Assembly: GCA_024685535.1 (NCBI GenBank)
Contig: JAIKVS010000064.1
Location: forward strand, 1,377 to 65,376
Reading direction: 5' to 3'
Origin: Oscillospiraceae bacterium
GTDB lineage: Bacteria; Bacillota; Clostridia; Oscillospirales; Oscillospiraceae
Length of the DNA stretch: 64,000 nt
The translations under genes and the position numbers were made by a program. The notes under the pieces were generated by a model that worked only from the letters and a program-made list of their open reading frames with translations, ran no database searches and had not been told where the DNA came from. Positions 43,831-52,871 of this stretch are shown in pieces; position 1 is the stretch's first letter, and each line of letters starts with the position of its first letter.

Positions 43831-44942
43831 TATCTGTCCTCCTTTGCCGCCTTGCGGAAGTTTATCTTATACTGGATGAAGAATTCACTTCCAATGATAA
43901 AAAACAAGATGATACCGGTCAGTATGTCTGAAAACGACTTGTTCAATCCGAAGTTTGTTGATATCTCGCCCGCGCCCCTATCAAGGAGAACAAGAAGAAA
44001 ACTAGTCAGCACCATAGTAATCGGATTGAACTTTGCAAGCCATGACACCATTACCGCAGTAAATCCACGTCCGCCGGCTATAGAGGTCGTAATGGTATGA
44101 TCCGTGCCGCCTACCAGCAAAAGTCCAGCGATGCCGCAGATTGCTCCGGACAGGAGCATGGTCCTAAGGATCACATTTTCGACCTTGATGCCTATATATC
44201 TGGCCGTGCGCTCGCTTTCACCAACTACGGATATCTCATATCCGTGCTTTGAATACCTGAGATATATGAACATAGCCACAGTGATAACAGCTACTACAAT
44301 TATATTAAGGAGGTACTTGCTTGAACCAATCTGCGGCAGCCATCCGACCTGGCTGTTTTGATTTATGATGCCTATCTGACCTGCTCCCTTGGGAACCTCC
44401 CAGAGTATTACGAAAAACGCTACCAGCTGCGTGGCGACGTAATTCATCATAAGAGTGAAAAGCGTTTCATTGGTATTGAATCTGGCTTTGAAGAATGCCG
44501 GGATCCCTGCCCAAATTGCACCGGCCAGCACAGAGAATATGACCATAAGCAGGATAACCAGCCAGTTGGGAAGCGTGTTTCCAAGCAGTATCATACATGA
44601 AGCAGAGGCAAGCCCTCCTATCAGCACCTGGCCTTCCGCTCCCAGATTCCAGCATCTCATCTTGAATGCCGGTGTAACAGCCAGAGACACGCACAGCAGT
44701 ATTGCGAGGTTCTGGAACAGCATCCATACTTTTCTTGTAGTCCCGAAAGCACCCTGAAAGATAGACGCGAACACAGCGACTGGGTTTATACCCGTAGTAA
44801 GCGTGGTTACCACGGCGCACACCAGCATTGCGCATACTATAGCCGCAACGCGTACAGCCCAGGCGCCGGCAGTTGAGATATTCCCTCTTTTGGTAATGTG
44901 GATAAGAGGCTCTTTAGTCTTTTCCATCGTTTTGTCCTCCAA
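43830..44942 (-). CDS. ABC transporter permease (NupP/RnsC-like)
   Basis: A polytopic permease whose start overlaps the ATPase gene end. Confidence 0.75.
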   Translation of the reverse strand: MEDKTMEKTKEPLIHITKRGNISTAGAWAVRVAAIVCAMLVCAVVTTLTTGINPVAVFASIFQGAFGTTRKVWMLFQNLAILLCVSLAVTPAFKMRCWNLGAEGQVLIGGLASASCMILLGNTLPNWLVILLMVIFSVLAGAIWAGIPAFFKARFNTNETLFTLMMNYVATQLVAFFVILWEVPKGAGQIGIINQNSQVGWLPQIGSSKYLLNIIVVAVITVAMFIYLRYSKHGYEISVVGESERTARYIGIKVENVILRTMLLSGAICGIAGLLLVGGTDHTITTSIAGGRGFTAVMVSWLAKFNPITMVLTSFLLVLLDRGAGEISTNFGLNKSFSDILTGIILFFIIGSEFFIQYKINFRKAAKEDR

Positions 44943-46449
44943 CTTTGGTCATCATAGCCCCTATCTCACGTTTGTCTGTATGTCTCCCATCAACTATCCC
45001 GCTAACCTTTCCTCCGCACAGAACAAGAATCCTGTCACACAGCTCGACGAGCACATCAAGGTCCTCTCCGACATATATAACAGCCACACCTTTCTGCTTC
45101 TGCGAAGTTATGGTATCGTAAATCTGATAGGATGAATTTATGTCAAGACCTCTTGTAGCATAAGCTGTGAGGAGCACCTTTGGCGCGTTGACTATTTCCC
45201 TTCCAACCAGTACCTTCTGCACATTCCCGCCGGAAAGTTTTCTCACCTGTGTTTCGACTGAGGGAGTAGCAACGTCGAAAAACTCCACTATGTTTCTGGC
45301 TACTCCGTAGGACTTTTTTCTGTCGGTGAATGCTCCTCGCCCCTCGCTGTATGATCTGAGCAGAACGTTATCGCCGATATCCATGGAGCCCACGAGCCCC
45401 ATACCCAGTCTGTCCTCGGGAACAAACGAAAGAGCTACTCCCAGTTTCTTTATGTCAAGAGGATCCTTGTCTATCAGGCTTTCAGCTGTACCGTCATCTT
45501 CAATATAGCTTATATCACCTGAATCGACCTTCTGGAGCCCTGCAATTGCTTCCAGAAGCTCCTTCTGTCCACATCCTGAAATCCCCGCTATTCCCAGGAT
45601 TTCACCTGTGTATGCCGTGAAGCTAACATCGTCGAGTTTCAAAGTGCCCTCTATATCGCGCACGGTTACGCCCTCAACCTTGATCTTGGGTCTGGGATTT
45701 TCTGGTTCCGTTCTTTTTATATCCAGCACAACGGGATGCCCTACCATCATGTTAGTCATCTCCTGCGCATTGGTATCTTTTGTAAGCATGTCGCCTGTGA
45801 ACTGGCCTTTTCTCAAAACAGCAACGCGGTCGGAGAGATCCTCCACCTCGTGCATCTTGTGTGTGATAATCACTATTGCTTTACCGTCGTCGCGCATGTT
45901 GCGCAGGACATCGAAAAGCCGGTCTGTCTCCTGCGGTGTGAGGACAGCAGTAGGTTCATCCAGAATCAATATATCCGCTCCTCTGTACAGGACCTTGACT
46001 ATTTCTACCGTCTGCTTCTGAGAAACAGACATATCATATATTTTCATATCAGGGTCCACATTGAACCCGTATCTGTCGCATATCTCACAGATCCTGGCAG
46101 AAGCGGCCTTTATATCCAGCCTGCCCGGAAGTCCGAGGATAATATTCTCAGCCGCAGTGAACACATCAACAAGCTTGTAATGCTGATGTATCATGCCGAT
46201 GCCAAGATCAAAGGCATCTTTTGGGGAAGCGATGATAACTTCCCTGCCGTCTATGGCAATGGTGCCTTCATCGGGAAAGTAGATTCCCGAGAGCATATTC
46301 ATCAGTGTTGTTTTGCCTGAGCCGTTTTCTCCAAGAAGCGCTAGTATCTCGCCTCTGTAGATGTCCAGCCAGCATTTGTCATTTGCAGTAACTGTTCCGA
46401 AGCGTTTTGTTATGTCCCGCATTTTTACTGCGGGGATCCGGTCATCCAT
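44914..46449 (-). CDS. ABC transporter ATP-binding protein with two fused ABC domains (NupO/RnsA-like)
   Basis: GENGSGKTT, signature-like VSQKQTVE, ILILDEPTA, and a second degenerate ABC domain with LSGGNVQK. Confidence 0.85.
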   Translation of the reverse strand: MDDRIPAVKMRDITKRFGTVTANDKCWLDIYRGEILALLGENGSGKTTLMNMLSGIYFPDEGTIAIDGREVIIASPKDAFDLGIGMIHQHYKLVDVFTAAENIILGLPGRLDIKAASARICEICDRYGFNVDPDMKIYDMSVSQKQTVEIVKVLYRGADILILDEPTAVLTPQETDRLFDVLRNMRDDGKAIVIITHKMHEVEDLSDRVAVLRKGQFTGDMLTKDTNAQEMTNMMVGHPVVLDIKRTEPENPRPKIKVEGVTVRDIEGTLKLDDVSFTAYTGEILGIAGISGCGQKELLEAIAGLQKVDSGDISYIEDDGTAESLIDKDPLDIKKLGVALSFVPEDRLGMGLVGSMDIGDNVLLRSYSEGRGAFTDRKKSYGVARNIVEFFDVATPSVETQVRKLSGGNVQKVLVGREIVNAPKVLLTAYATRGLDINSSYQIYDTITSQKQKGVAVIYVGEDLDVLVELCDRILVLCGGKVSGIVDGRHTDKREIGAMMTKVGGQNDGKD

Positions 46450-46530
46450 AATAAGCCTCCGCTTTTGCTAAGTACCAAAGAAAGCCCTGCAAATGCAGGG
46501 CTTTCTTCAATTAAAGATCAATATGAGCGA

Positions 46531-47727
46531 TCAGAATGCGACATCAAGGAGATCAATTCCGTCTATCTGAAGATCGAAGTAAGGAGCTGAACGGAACTCA
46601 GACTCATGGAAGTAGCCATTTGCCACAACTTCGGTGTCTGGAGTATAGGCAGGATCGGTATCGACATCAGCTTTGTAGCTGTTGACAGCCTCGCCGCCGA
46701 CAGTGAAGAAGGAAGTATCGAATACATGGAGAGATCCGTTCTCAAGGGCAGCCTGAACTTCAGCGATCTTTTCAACAGTGCCGGCAGCTGCAACATCGGT
46801 GTTCACTTCGGTGAGCAGTACGGACTTGGTATCGATAGTGCCGGTCCAGTCAGCAGGGATGGCCTCACCATTCTGTGTTGCCTTGATTGCATACTCGAAG
46901 TAAGGAGTCCAGTCGATCCTGGAGGAAACGATGAAGGTGTTGGGGGCAACAGCCTTTGTGGAACCGTTATAGGAAACATTGGGGACTCCGGCGTTCTCAC
47001 AGGCAGTGGGAGCACCCATGGAGTCGGCATGCTGGGAAATAAGTACGCAGTTGTCATTGATGAGCTTTGTGGCGCCTTCCTTTTCGGCAGTCTCATCATA
47101 CCAGGAACCGGTGAAGGTAACTTCCATTGTGGTGGAGGGGCAGATGTACTTTGCGCCGAGATAGAAGGAGGTGTAGCCGGAAATGACTTCAGCATAGGTG
47201 AATGCACCGATGTAGCCCATCTTGGCCTGCTCGGCGGTGATATTTCCGCTATCGATCATCTCATTAAGCTTCATACCAGCAGCAACACCGGCGAGGAAAC
47301 GGCCTTCATAAATGGATGCGAAAGCATTGTGATAGTTGGCAAGGCCTTCAGTGTGGGCCTTAGTGCCTGTGGCATGGCAGAACTGAACGTTCGGGAACTC
47401 CTTTGCAGCCTGGATCATATAATCCTCATGGCCAAAGCTGTCTGCAAAAATCACGGAGCAACCGGCGTCGACAAGTTCGGCAGCAGCTTCATAGCATTCC
47501 TGACCCTCGGGGATGTTAGTCTTCAGTATGCCGGTAACCCCGAGATTCGCGCAGGCAGCATTTGCAGCGTTGATGAAGTTTGCATCGTAAGTGGAGTTCT
47601 CATCGTGCAGGAAAATAAACCCCGCTTTGAATTCAGGAGCGGCACTGCCGCTGTCTGAAGACTTCCCGCAGGCGCAGAGTGCAAATACCATAACAGTAGC
47701 GAGAAGCAAAGCTATAATCTTTTTCAT
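46531..47727 (-). CDS. BMP-family (basic membrane protein) substrate-binding lipoprotein, nucleoside-binding type
   Basis: Lipobox FALCACG. BMP/PnrA-like blocks are present (FIFLHDENSTYD, VIFADSFGH, ISQHADS). Confidence 0.8.
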   Translation of the reverse strand: MKKIIALLLATVMVFALCACGKSSDSGSAAPEFKAGFIFLHDENSTYDANFINAANAACANLGVTGILKTNIPEGQECYEAAAELVDAGCSVIFADSFGHEDYMIQAAKEFPNVQFCHATGTKAHTEGLANYHNAFASIYEGRFLAGVAAGMKLNEMIDSGNITAEQAKMGYIGAFTYAEVISGYTSFYLGAKYICPSTTMEVTFTGSWYDETAEKEGATKLINDNCVLISQHADSMGAPTACENAGVPNVSYNGSTKAVAPNTFIVSSRIDWTPYFEYAIKATQNGEAIPADWTGTIDTKSVLLTEVNTDVAAAGTVEKIAEVQAALENGSLHVFDTSFFTVGGEAVNSYKADVDTDPAYTPDTEVVANGYFHESEFRSAPYFDLQIDGIDLLDVAF

Positions 47728-47835
47728 TTTATATCTCCCAATCTTAAATATTTATCAAACCAAAAAGGTGTTGATACAAAAACAAAAAGCCGAAGTCCGT
47801 AAAAGGCGTCTCACGGATCCCGGCAAACCTGAATG

Positions 47836-47867
47836 AAAAACAAAAAGCGCAGATCTTCCTGCGCTTT
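47836..47867 (-). terminator. Expression-platform terminator of the purine riboswitch
   Basis: Minus strand reads AAGCGCAG-GAAGAT-CTGCGCTT followed by TTTTGTTTTT. Confidence 0.75.
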
Positions 47868-47885
47868 CGACATTCAAACTGATCA

Positions 47886-47950
47886 TCCGATAGTCCGGCA
47901 TTTACGGCGCCGGGTAGAGACGCAAAACCATATCTTTTGCTTATATCGAA
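47886..47950 (-). ncRNA. Purine riboswitch aptamer, guanine type (C at the specificity position)
   Basis: Minus strand reads UUCGAUA UAAGCAAAAGAUAUGGUUUUGCGUCUCUACCCGGCGCCGUAAAUGCCGGAC UAUCGGA. It aligns block-for-block with the B. subtilis xpt G-box (UAUAA..AUAUGG..UCUAC..CCGUAAAU..ACUAU). The P1, P2 and P3 pairings are intact. Confidence 0.9.
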
Positions 47951-47985
47951 AGCCTATATAAAATTGCATCGGCAATGACACTTAT

Positions 47986-48013
47986 ACAATATCATAACCG
48001 GTGGAAAAGTCAA
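47986..48013 (-). promoter_or_regulatory. Promoter of the riboswitch-controlled nucleoside ABC operon
   Basis: Minus strand reads TTGACT, a 16-nt spacer, then TATTGT with a TG extension. Confidence 0.4.
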
Positions 48014-48064
48014 GTATCTATTTATTTGATTTTACTATTTTTAGGGGCTATTTTTTGTCTACTA

Positions 48065-48634
48065 TCAACAAAACTCTAAACCAGCATCCGTCATAGATGC
48101 TATCCTTGCAAGTGATTCTATCCTCAACCCTTCGGATCTCAGCCTGTCTCCACCGCCCTGGAACACTTTTTCAATGGATATGGCAGCTCCAACCACCTCC
48201 GCACCTGCCTGACAGCAGATATCTCTGAGTCCGATGAGCGCAGCACCAGTTGCAAGGAAATCGTCGATTATGAGAACTTTGTCGCTGTCAGAGAGGTAGC
48301 TTTTTGAAACCATCAGCATATTTGTGTTGCCATGAGTGAAGGATTGCACCCGAGCAGTATAAACATCAGCGGATATGTTGCTGGTCCTGCTTTTCTTTGC
48401 AAAGACCATCGGGCATCTCATGACAAAGCCCGCCATTCCTGCAAGTGCTATTCCGGAAGCTTCCACCGTAAGGATCTTGTTCACTCCGCAGCCTTCAAAA
48501 AGCCTGCTGATCTCGACTGCCATATCGTGAAGCAGGGTTGTGTCTATCATGTGGTTCAGAAATCCGTCCACCTTCAGTACTCCTCCAGGCAGAACCCTGC
48601 CCTCTGACAGTATCCTTTCTTCAAGCTCTTTCAT
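48065..48634 (-). CDS. xpt: Xanthine phosphoribosyltransferase
   Basis: MKELEERILSEGRVLPGGVLKVDGFLNH... and the PRPP motif VLIIDDFLATGAA. I place the start at ATG 48634, which follows AAAGGGGAAT. Confidence 0.9.
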   Translation of the reverse strand: MKELEERILSEGRVLPGGVLKVDGFLNHMIDTTLLHDMAVEISRLFEGCGVNKILTVEASGIALAGMAGFVMRCPMVFAKKSRTSNISADVYTARVQSFTHGNTNMLMVSKSYLSDSDKVLIIDDFLATGAALIGLRDICCQAGAEVVGAAISIEKVFQGGGDRLRSEGLRIESLARIASMTDAGLEFC

Positions 48635-48717
48635 ATAATTCCCCTTTACAACCGAAAAAAGCCCGGTCGGTTCATTCAAAACTGACAGGCTTCAATCGGG
48701 TAATTCATTATTTCAGA

Positions 48718-48906
48718 TTACACAGCGCGGGTGACCTTACCGCTGCGAAGGCAACGGGTGCAGACATAAACATGCTGCGGTGTTCCGTCCACAATGGCCT
48801 TGACGCGCTTCACATTCGGCTTCCAGGTACGGTTCGAGCGTCTGTGAGAGTGGCTTACTTTGATTCCGAATGCCACATCCTTATCACAAAACTGACACTT
48901 TGCCAT
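48718..48906 (-). CDS. rpmB: 50S ribosomal protein L28
   Basis: MAKCQFCDKDVAFGIKVSHSHRRSNRTWKPNVKRV. Length 62 aa. Confidence 0.95.
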   Translation of the reverse strand: MAKCQFCDKDVAFGIKVSHSHRRSNRTWKPNVKRVKAIVDGTPQHVYVCTRCLRSGKVTRAV

Positions 48907-49123
48907 ATAGTTGAAGCACCTCCTTGCTTGTGTTTGGCTGTCTTTGCAAAACAGCTTTTATATAATAGCAGAACGTTTTTACGAATGCAAGGATAATTTT
49001 CGGCAAAATGCATTTTTCGGTGAATCAGTATCAGAAACAGCCTTATAAGAAAAGCATTGCCAAAAGCAGCCAAAGTGACTAATATAATATAGAAAGATTA
49101 TGCCCGCCTGAATGGAGGTATTT

Positions 49124-50065
49124 ATGGATAACAGAAAATACAGGGTAAAACTCAGCCGAATAGTTGAGGAGAACAAGCTGGAATTCATCCATAAGTCATC
49201 AAACTATGAAGAAACATATCTGACCACTGCCGATGTCAACCGGCCGGCACTGCAGCTCACCGGTTTTTACGATTATTTCGACCCTGAGCGGCTCCAGGTA
49301 CTAGGTATAGTCGAAACTACATATTTAAAAACACTCACTACGGAGCAGCGCCTTGAGGCATTTGAAGAATACATGAGATATGACTTCCCTGCACTGATAC
49401 TCTGCCACGAAGTGGAAGTACTTCCCGAATGTGTTGAAATGGCAGAAAAATATGACAGGAACGTACTTGTCACCAATGAGGACACTTCAAATTTCCAGGC
49501 GAACGTGATAACAGCCCTGCATAAATACCTTGCTCCGAGAATAACAACCCACGGCGTGCTGGTCGAAGTCTACGGCGAAGGAATGCTCATCCTCGGAGAC
49601 AGCGGTATAGGTAAAAGCGAAACGGCTCTTGAGCTTATAAAGCGAGGCCACCGCCTTATCGCGGATGACGCTGTTGAGATAAGAAGAATTGACAGCAATA
49701 CCCTGCTCGGCAGCGCTCCCGACAACATCAGGTACTATATGGAGCTTCGCGGCATAGGTATAATAAACGTCAGGTATCTTTACGGCATGGGAGCGGTAAA
49801 GGGCGCTTCCATGGTCGAAATGATCGTGAATCTTGAGCCTTGGGAAGACGGAAAAGCTTATGACCGTCTAGGTATCGTTCAGGATTATGAAGAGATCCTC
49901 GGCATCTCACTCCCTTCCATTACCATCCCAGTTCGGCCGGGGCGTAACCTCGCAGTGATACTGGAAGTCGCAGCAATGAATAACCGTCAGAAAAAAGCCG
50001 GTTACAATGCCGCTGAAGCTCTTGCTTCTGCCATAGATGCCGAGGTTGACGGAGGATTCTTCTGA
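49124..50065 (+). CDS. hprK: HPr kinase/phosphorylase
   Basis: Walker-type GDSGIGKSETALELIKRGHRLIADD. I place the start at ATG 49124, which follows GGAGG. Confidence 0.9.
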   Translation: MDNRKYRVKLSRIVEENKLEFIHKSSNYEETYLTTADVNRPALQLTGFYDYFDPERLQVLGIVETTYLKTLTTEQRLEAFEEYMRYDFPALILCHEVEVLPECVEMAEKYDRNVLVTNEDTSNFQANVITALHKYLAPRITTHGVLVEVYGEGMLILGDSGIGKSETALELIKRGHRLIADDAVEIRRIDSNTLLGSAPDNIRYYMELRGIGIINVRYLYGMGAVKGASMVEMIVNLEPWEDGKAYDRLGIVQDYEEILGISLPSITIPVRPGRNLAVILEVAAMNNRQKKAGYNAAEALASAIDAEVDGGFF

Positions 50066-50066
50066 C

Positions 50067-51083
50067 ATGGATATTTTCGATCCCGTAATCAAAGAGATAC
50101 GTGAGATACTGCCTTCACTTCCTCTTTTTGAGAATGAACCCATGGCCAAGCATTCTTCCTTTAAGATAGGCGGCCCCGCAAGAGCATTTGCTGTTCCTGA
50201 GGATATCACTGCTTTTTCACGTATCACTCACATTCTGAAAAAACACAAACTGATGCCCTTTATCACAGGCAACTGCACGAATATACTCTTTCCTGATGAA
50301 GGTCTGAAAGAGCTTTTTATCATCTCTACAGAACGGATGAACAGAATGTTTCTGCTCCCCGACGGCAGCATCTATGCCGAAGCTGGGGTATCCCTTTCAA
50401 AGCTATCCAGCTTTGCCTGCCAGAATTCCCTTACCGGACTGGAATTTGCTTCAGGTATACCTGGAACGGTCGGAGGTGGTATCCTTATGAATGCCGGTGC
50501 CTACGGCGGTGAGATGAAAGATGTTGTCGAAAGCGTCGTTATTTACTATCTCCCGGAACAGAAACTTTATGAAACGCTCAAAGAGAACTGCGGATTCGGA
50601 TACAGGAAAAGCGCTTTCCAGAATATTGCCGGCTGTGCTATAGTCAGTGCAGTGTTCCGTCTTGAACGCGGATATAAGGAAGCTATTGCAGCAAAAATGA
50701 AGGAACTTAATGAAAAGCGCCGCGACAAGCAACCGCTCGATCTGCCTTCAGCAGGCAGCGCTTTCAAACGTCCGGAGGGAAATTTTGCGGCAAAGCTTAT
50801 TGAAGAATGCGGTCTGAAGGGGTATGCCGTCGGGGGAGCGATGGTATCTGATAAGCACGCAGGTTTTGTTGTAAATACCGGAAATGCCTGCTCACATGAT
50901 GTATATGACCTTATGATGCATGTCCGTAACACAGTCTGGCTGCAGAAAGGGGTAGAACTGGTGCCGGAAATAATCATCCTGCCGCCAGACTATAAGCTCA
51001 GCGATAACACCCCCGACGCTCCGCTACATGTAATCAGCGGAGGTGCAGCTTCAGATGATACTGATTTCAAGGAGCAGAACTGA
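50067..51083 (+). CDS. murB: UDP-N-acetylenolpyruvoylglucosamine reductase
   Basis: FAD-binding-domain blocks are present (HSSFKIGGPA, GNCTNILF, GIPGTVGG, SAGSAFKRP). The ATG lies 1 nt after the hprK stop. Confidence 0.9.
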   Translation: MDIFDPVIKEIREILPSLPLFENEPMAKHSSFKIGGPARAFAVPEDITAFSRITHILKKHKLMPFITGNCTNILFPDEGLKELFIISTERMNRMFLLPDGSIYAEAGVSLSKLSSFACQNSLTGLEFASGIPGTVGGGILMNAGAYGGEMKDVVESVVIYYLPEQKLYETLKENCGFGYRKSAFQNIAGCAIVSAVFRLERGYKEAIAAKMKELNEKRRDKQPLDLPSAGSAFKRPEGNFAAKLIEECGLKGYAVGGAMVSDKHAGFVVNTGNACSHDVYDLMMHVRNTVWLQKGVELVPEIIILPPDYKLSDNTPDAPLHVISGGAASDDTDFKEQN

Positions 51084-51941
51084 ATGGAATTCCTGATTAT
51101 AACCGGCCTTTCCGGTGCCGGCAAAAGCCGGGCGGCCGATGTGCTTGAAGATCTTGATTATTACTGCGTGGACAATATGCCCGTCGCTCTGCTCGGCAGA
51201 TTCGCTGAATTCTGCATAGCTGCAGGAGGGAGATACGAAAAAGTTGCCCTTGTCACGGATGTGCGTGAGAACAAGGATTTCAGCGAACTTCTGAAAACTC
51301 TGGATGAACTGCGTTCGACAGGACTTAACTGCAGGATCCTTTATATGGATGCAGACGAAAGCACCATAATTCGCAGATATAAGGAAAGCAGACGCCCTCA
51401 TCCTTTAGCTCAGAACGGCCAGTCCATCGAGGAATCTGTCAAAAAGGAGATCGATCTTCTTGCCCCTGTACGTGACAGGGCAGATCACATCGTCAATACA
51501 TCCGGCCTGACTCTCGGCATGCTCCAAAACAGGATCTTTGCTCTCTTTGCGGAGGGCGGGCAGAAAAGAGAACTCAATATTCCCGTAATCTCTTTCGGTT
51601 ATAAACACGGGATACCGATGGATGCCGATCTTGTTTTTGATGTACGCTTTCTTCCTAATCCTTTCTATGTAGATGAACTCAGGCCACTTACCGGGCTTGA
51701 TCTTCCTGTTGCCGAATATGTGTTCGGGCATCGTCAGGCAAGGGAATTCATGGAGAAGCTTGAGGATATGATCGAATTCCTTATCCCCATGTATATAGAG
51801 GAGGGAAAGCTGAGTCTGACAGTAGCAGTAGGCTGTACCGGCGGGCGGCATCGCTCTGTTGCAATAGCAAAGGCACTTTCAGATCATCTGCGCGCCCGCG
51901 GTTTTATTTCAGAAAATATCAACAGAGATCTGGAGAAGTGA
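51084..51941 (+). CDS. rapZ: RNase adapter / nucleotide-binding protein RapZ (YvcJ)
   Basis: ITGLSGAGKS P-loop and the C-terminal segment GCTGGRHRSV. Confidence 0.9.
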   Translation: MEFLIITGLSGAGKSRAADVLEDLDYYCVDNMPVALLGRFAEFCIAAGGRYEKVALVTDVRENKDFSELLKTLDELRSTGLNCRILYMDADESTIIRRYKESRRPHPLAQNGQSIEESVKKEIDLLAPVRDRADHIVNTSGLTLGMLQNRIFALFAEGGQKRELNIPVISFGYKHGIPMDADLVFDVRFLPNPFYVDELRPLTGLDLPVAEYVFGHRQAREFMEKLEDMIEFLIPMYIEEGKLSLTVAVGCTGGRHRSVAIAKALSDHLRARGFISENINRDLEK

Positions 51942-51948
51942 TCTGAAC

Positions 51949-52869
51949 ATGTCTTTTTCATCTGATGCAAAAGCTGAAATGTGCAGGACCAGGCTGGAAA
52001 ACGACAGTTGTGTTCTTGCCGAATGCTATGGTGCTCTCCTTTTCTGCAGTACTTTCAATTCATCGGAGATCCGCATTTCTACGTCCAGCACTGAATTCAT
52101 TTCAAGACTGATTTCCGGATTCAAACGAGCATTCCGCATATCCTTTGACAGTCTGCCCGGCCTGGAAGTGAAAGGACGCTTCACTCTCCGTATCACTGAT
52201 CCTGGCAAGATCAACACTGTTTTTGACAGATTTGGTATTTCTTCCCGCCACAGTATCTCACATCACATCAATCTTGCTGTACTTGAGGAAGACAGCAGCC
52301 GTCCTGCTTTTATACGCGGGGCATTCCTGTCAGGCGGCACCGTAAATGATCCGGATAAATCCTTCCATATTGAGCTTTCCACCTCTCACAGGAGCGTTTG
52401 CCGGGAAGCATGCTCAATTCTCTCAGAAATGGGTTTCTCACCTAAGACTTCCGAGCGGAATAATAACAGTCTCCTTTATTTCAAACAGGCAGATTCCATA
52501 GCGGACCTGCTGACCACCATCGGTGCACCGTCTGCTGCCATGAAGGTGATGACGGCCAAGGTGGAAAAGGAAATGAGAAACACCATAACTCGGCGTGTCA
52601 ACTGTGACACCGCAAACGCAGACAAGATAGTTTTTGCTTCTCAGGAGCAGATAGACGCCATTCACAGATATGCGTCGCGATTCGGTCTGGACAGCCTGCC
52701 TGAAGCTTTAAAAGCAACTGCTCTGCTCAGAATAACCAACCCTGAGGCAAGTCTAGCAGATCTTGCTTTACTTTCGGTCCCTAAGGTATCAAAAAGCTGC
52801 CTTTCCCACAGGCTTAAAAAGATCCAGGAACTCGCCGATGGAGAAGCGAACATTGAAATCGAGGAATAA
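51949..52869 (+). CDS. whiA: DNA-binding protein WhiA
   Basis: The N-terminal FSSDAKAE and the LAGLIDADG-like repeats and C-terminal HTH typical of WhiA are present. Length 306 aa. Confidence 0.85.
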   Translation: MSFSSDAKAEMCRTRLENDSCVLAECYGALLFCSTFNSSEIRISTSSTEFISRLISGFKRAFRISFDSLPGLEVKGRFTLRITDPGKINTVFDRFGISSRHSISHHINLAVLEEDSSRPAFIRGAFLSGGTVNDPDKSFHIELSTSHRSVCREACSILSEMGFSPKTSERNNNSLLYFKQADSIADLLTTIGAPSAAMKVMTAKVEKEMRNTITRRVNCDTANADKIVFASQEQIDAIHRYASRFGLDSLPEALKATALLRITNPEASLADLALLSVPKVSKSCLSHRLKKIQELADGEANIEIEE

Positions 52870-52871
52870 CG

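Noticed and set aside
46606-47658. 350-aa plus-strand ORF opposite the BMP lipoprotein gene
   Set aside because: It is a shadow ORF created by strong codon bias on the minus strand. Its translation is Gly/Ser/Cys-rich low complexity.
48635-48717. A second purine riboswitch in front of xpt
   Set aside because: The spacer is only 83 nt, with no UAUAA...AUAUGG...CCGUAAAU blocks. It contains just a weak AACCGA/TCGGTT hairpin.
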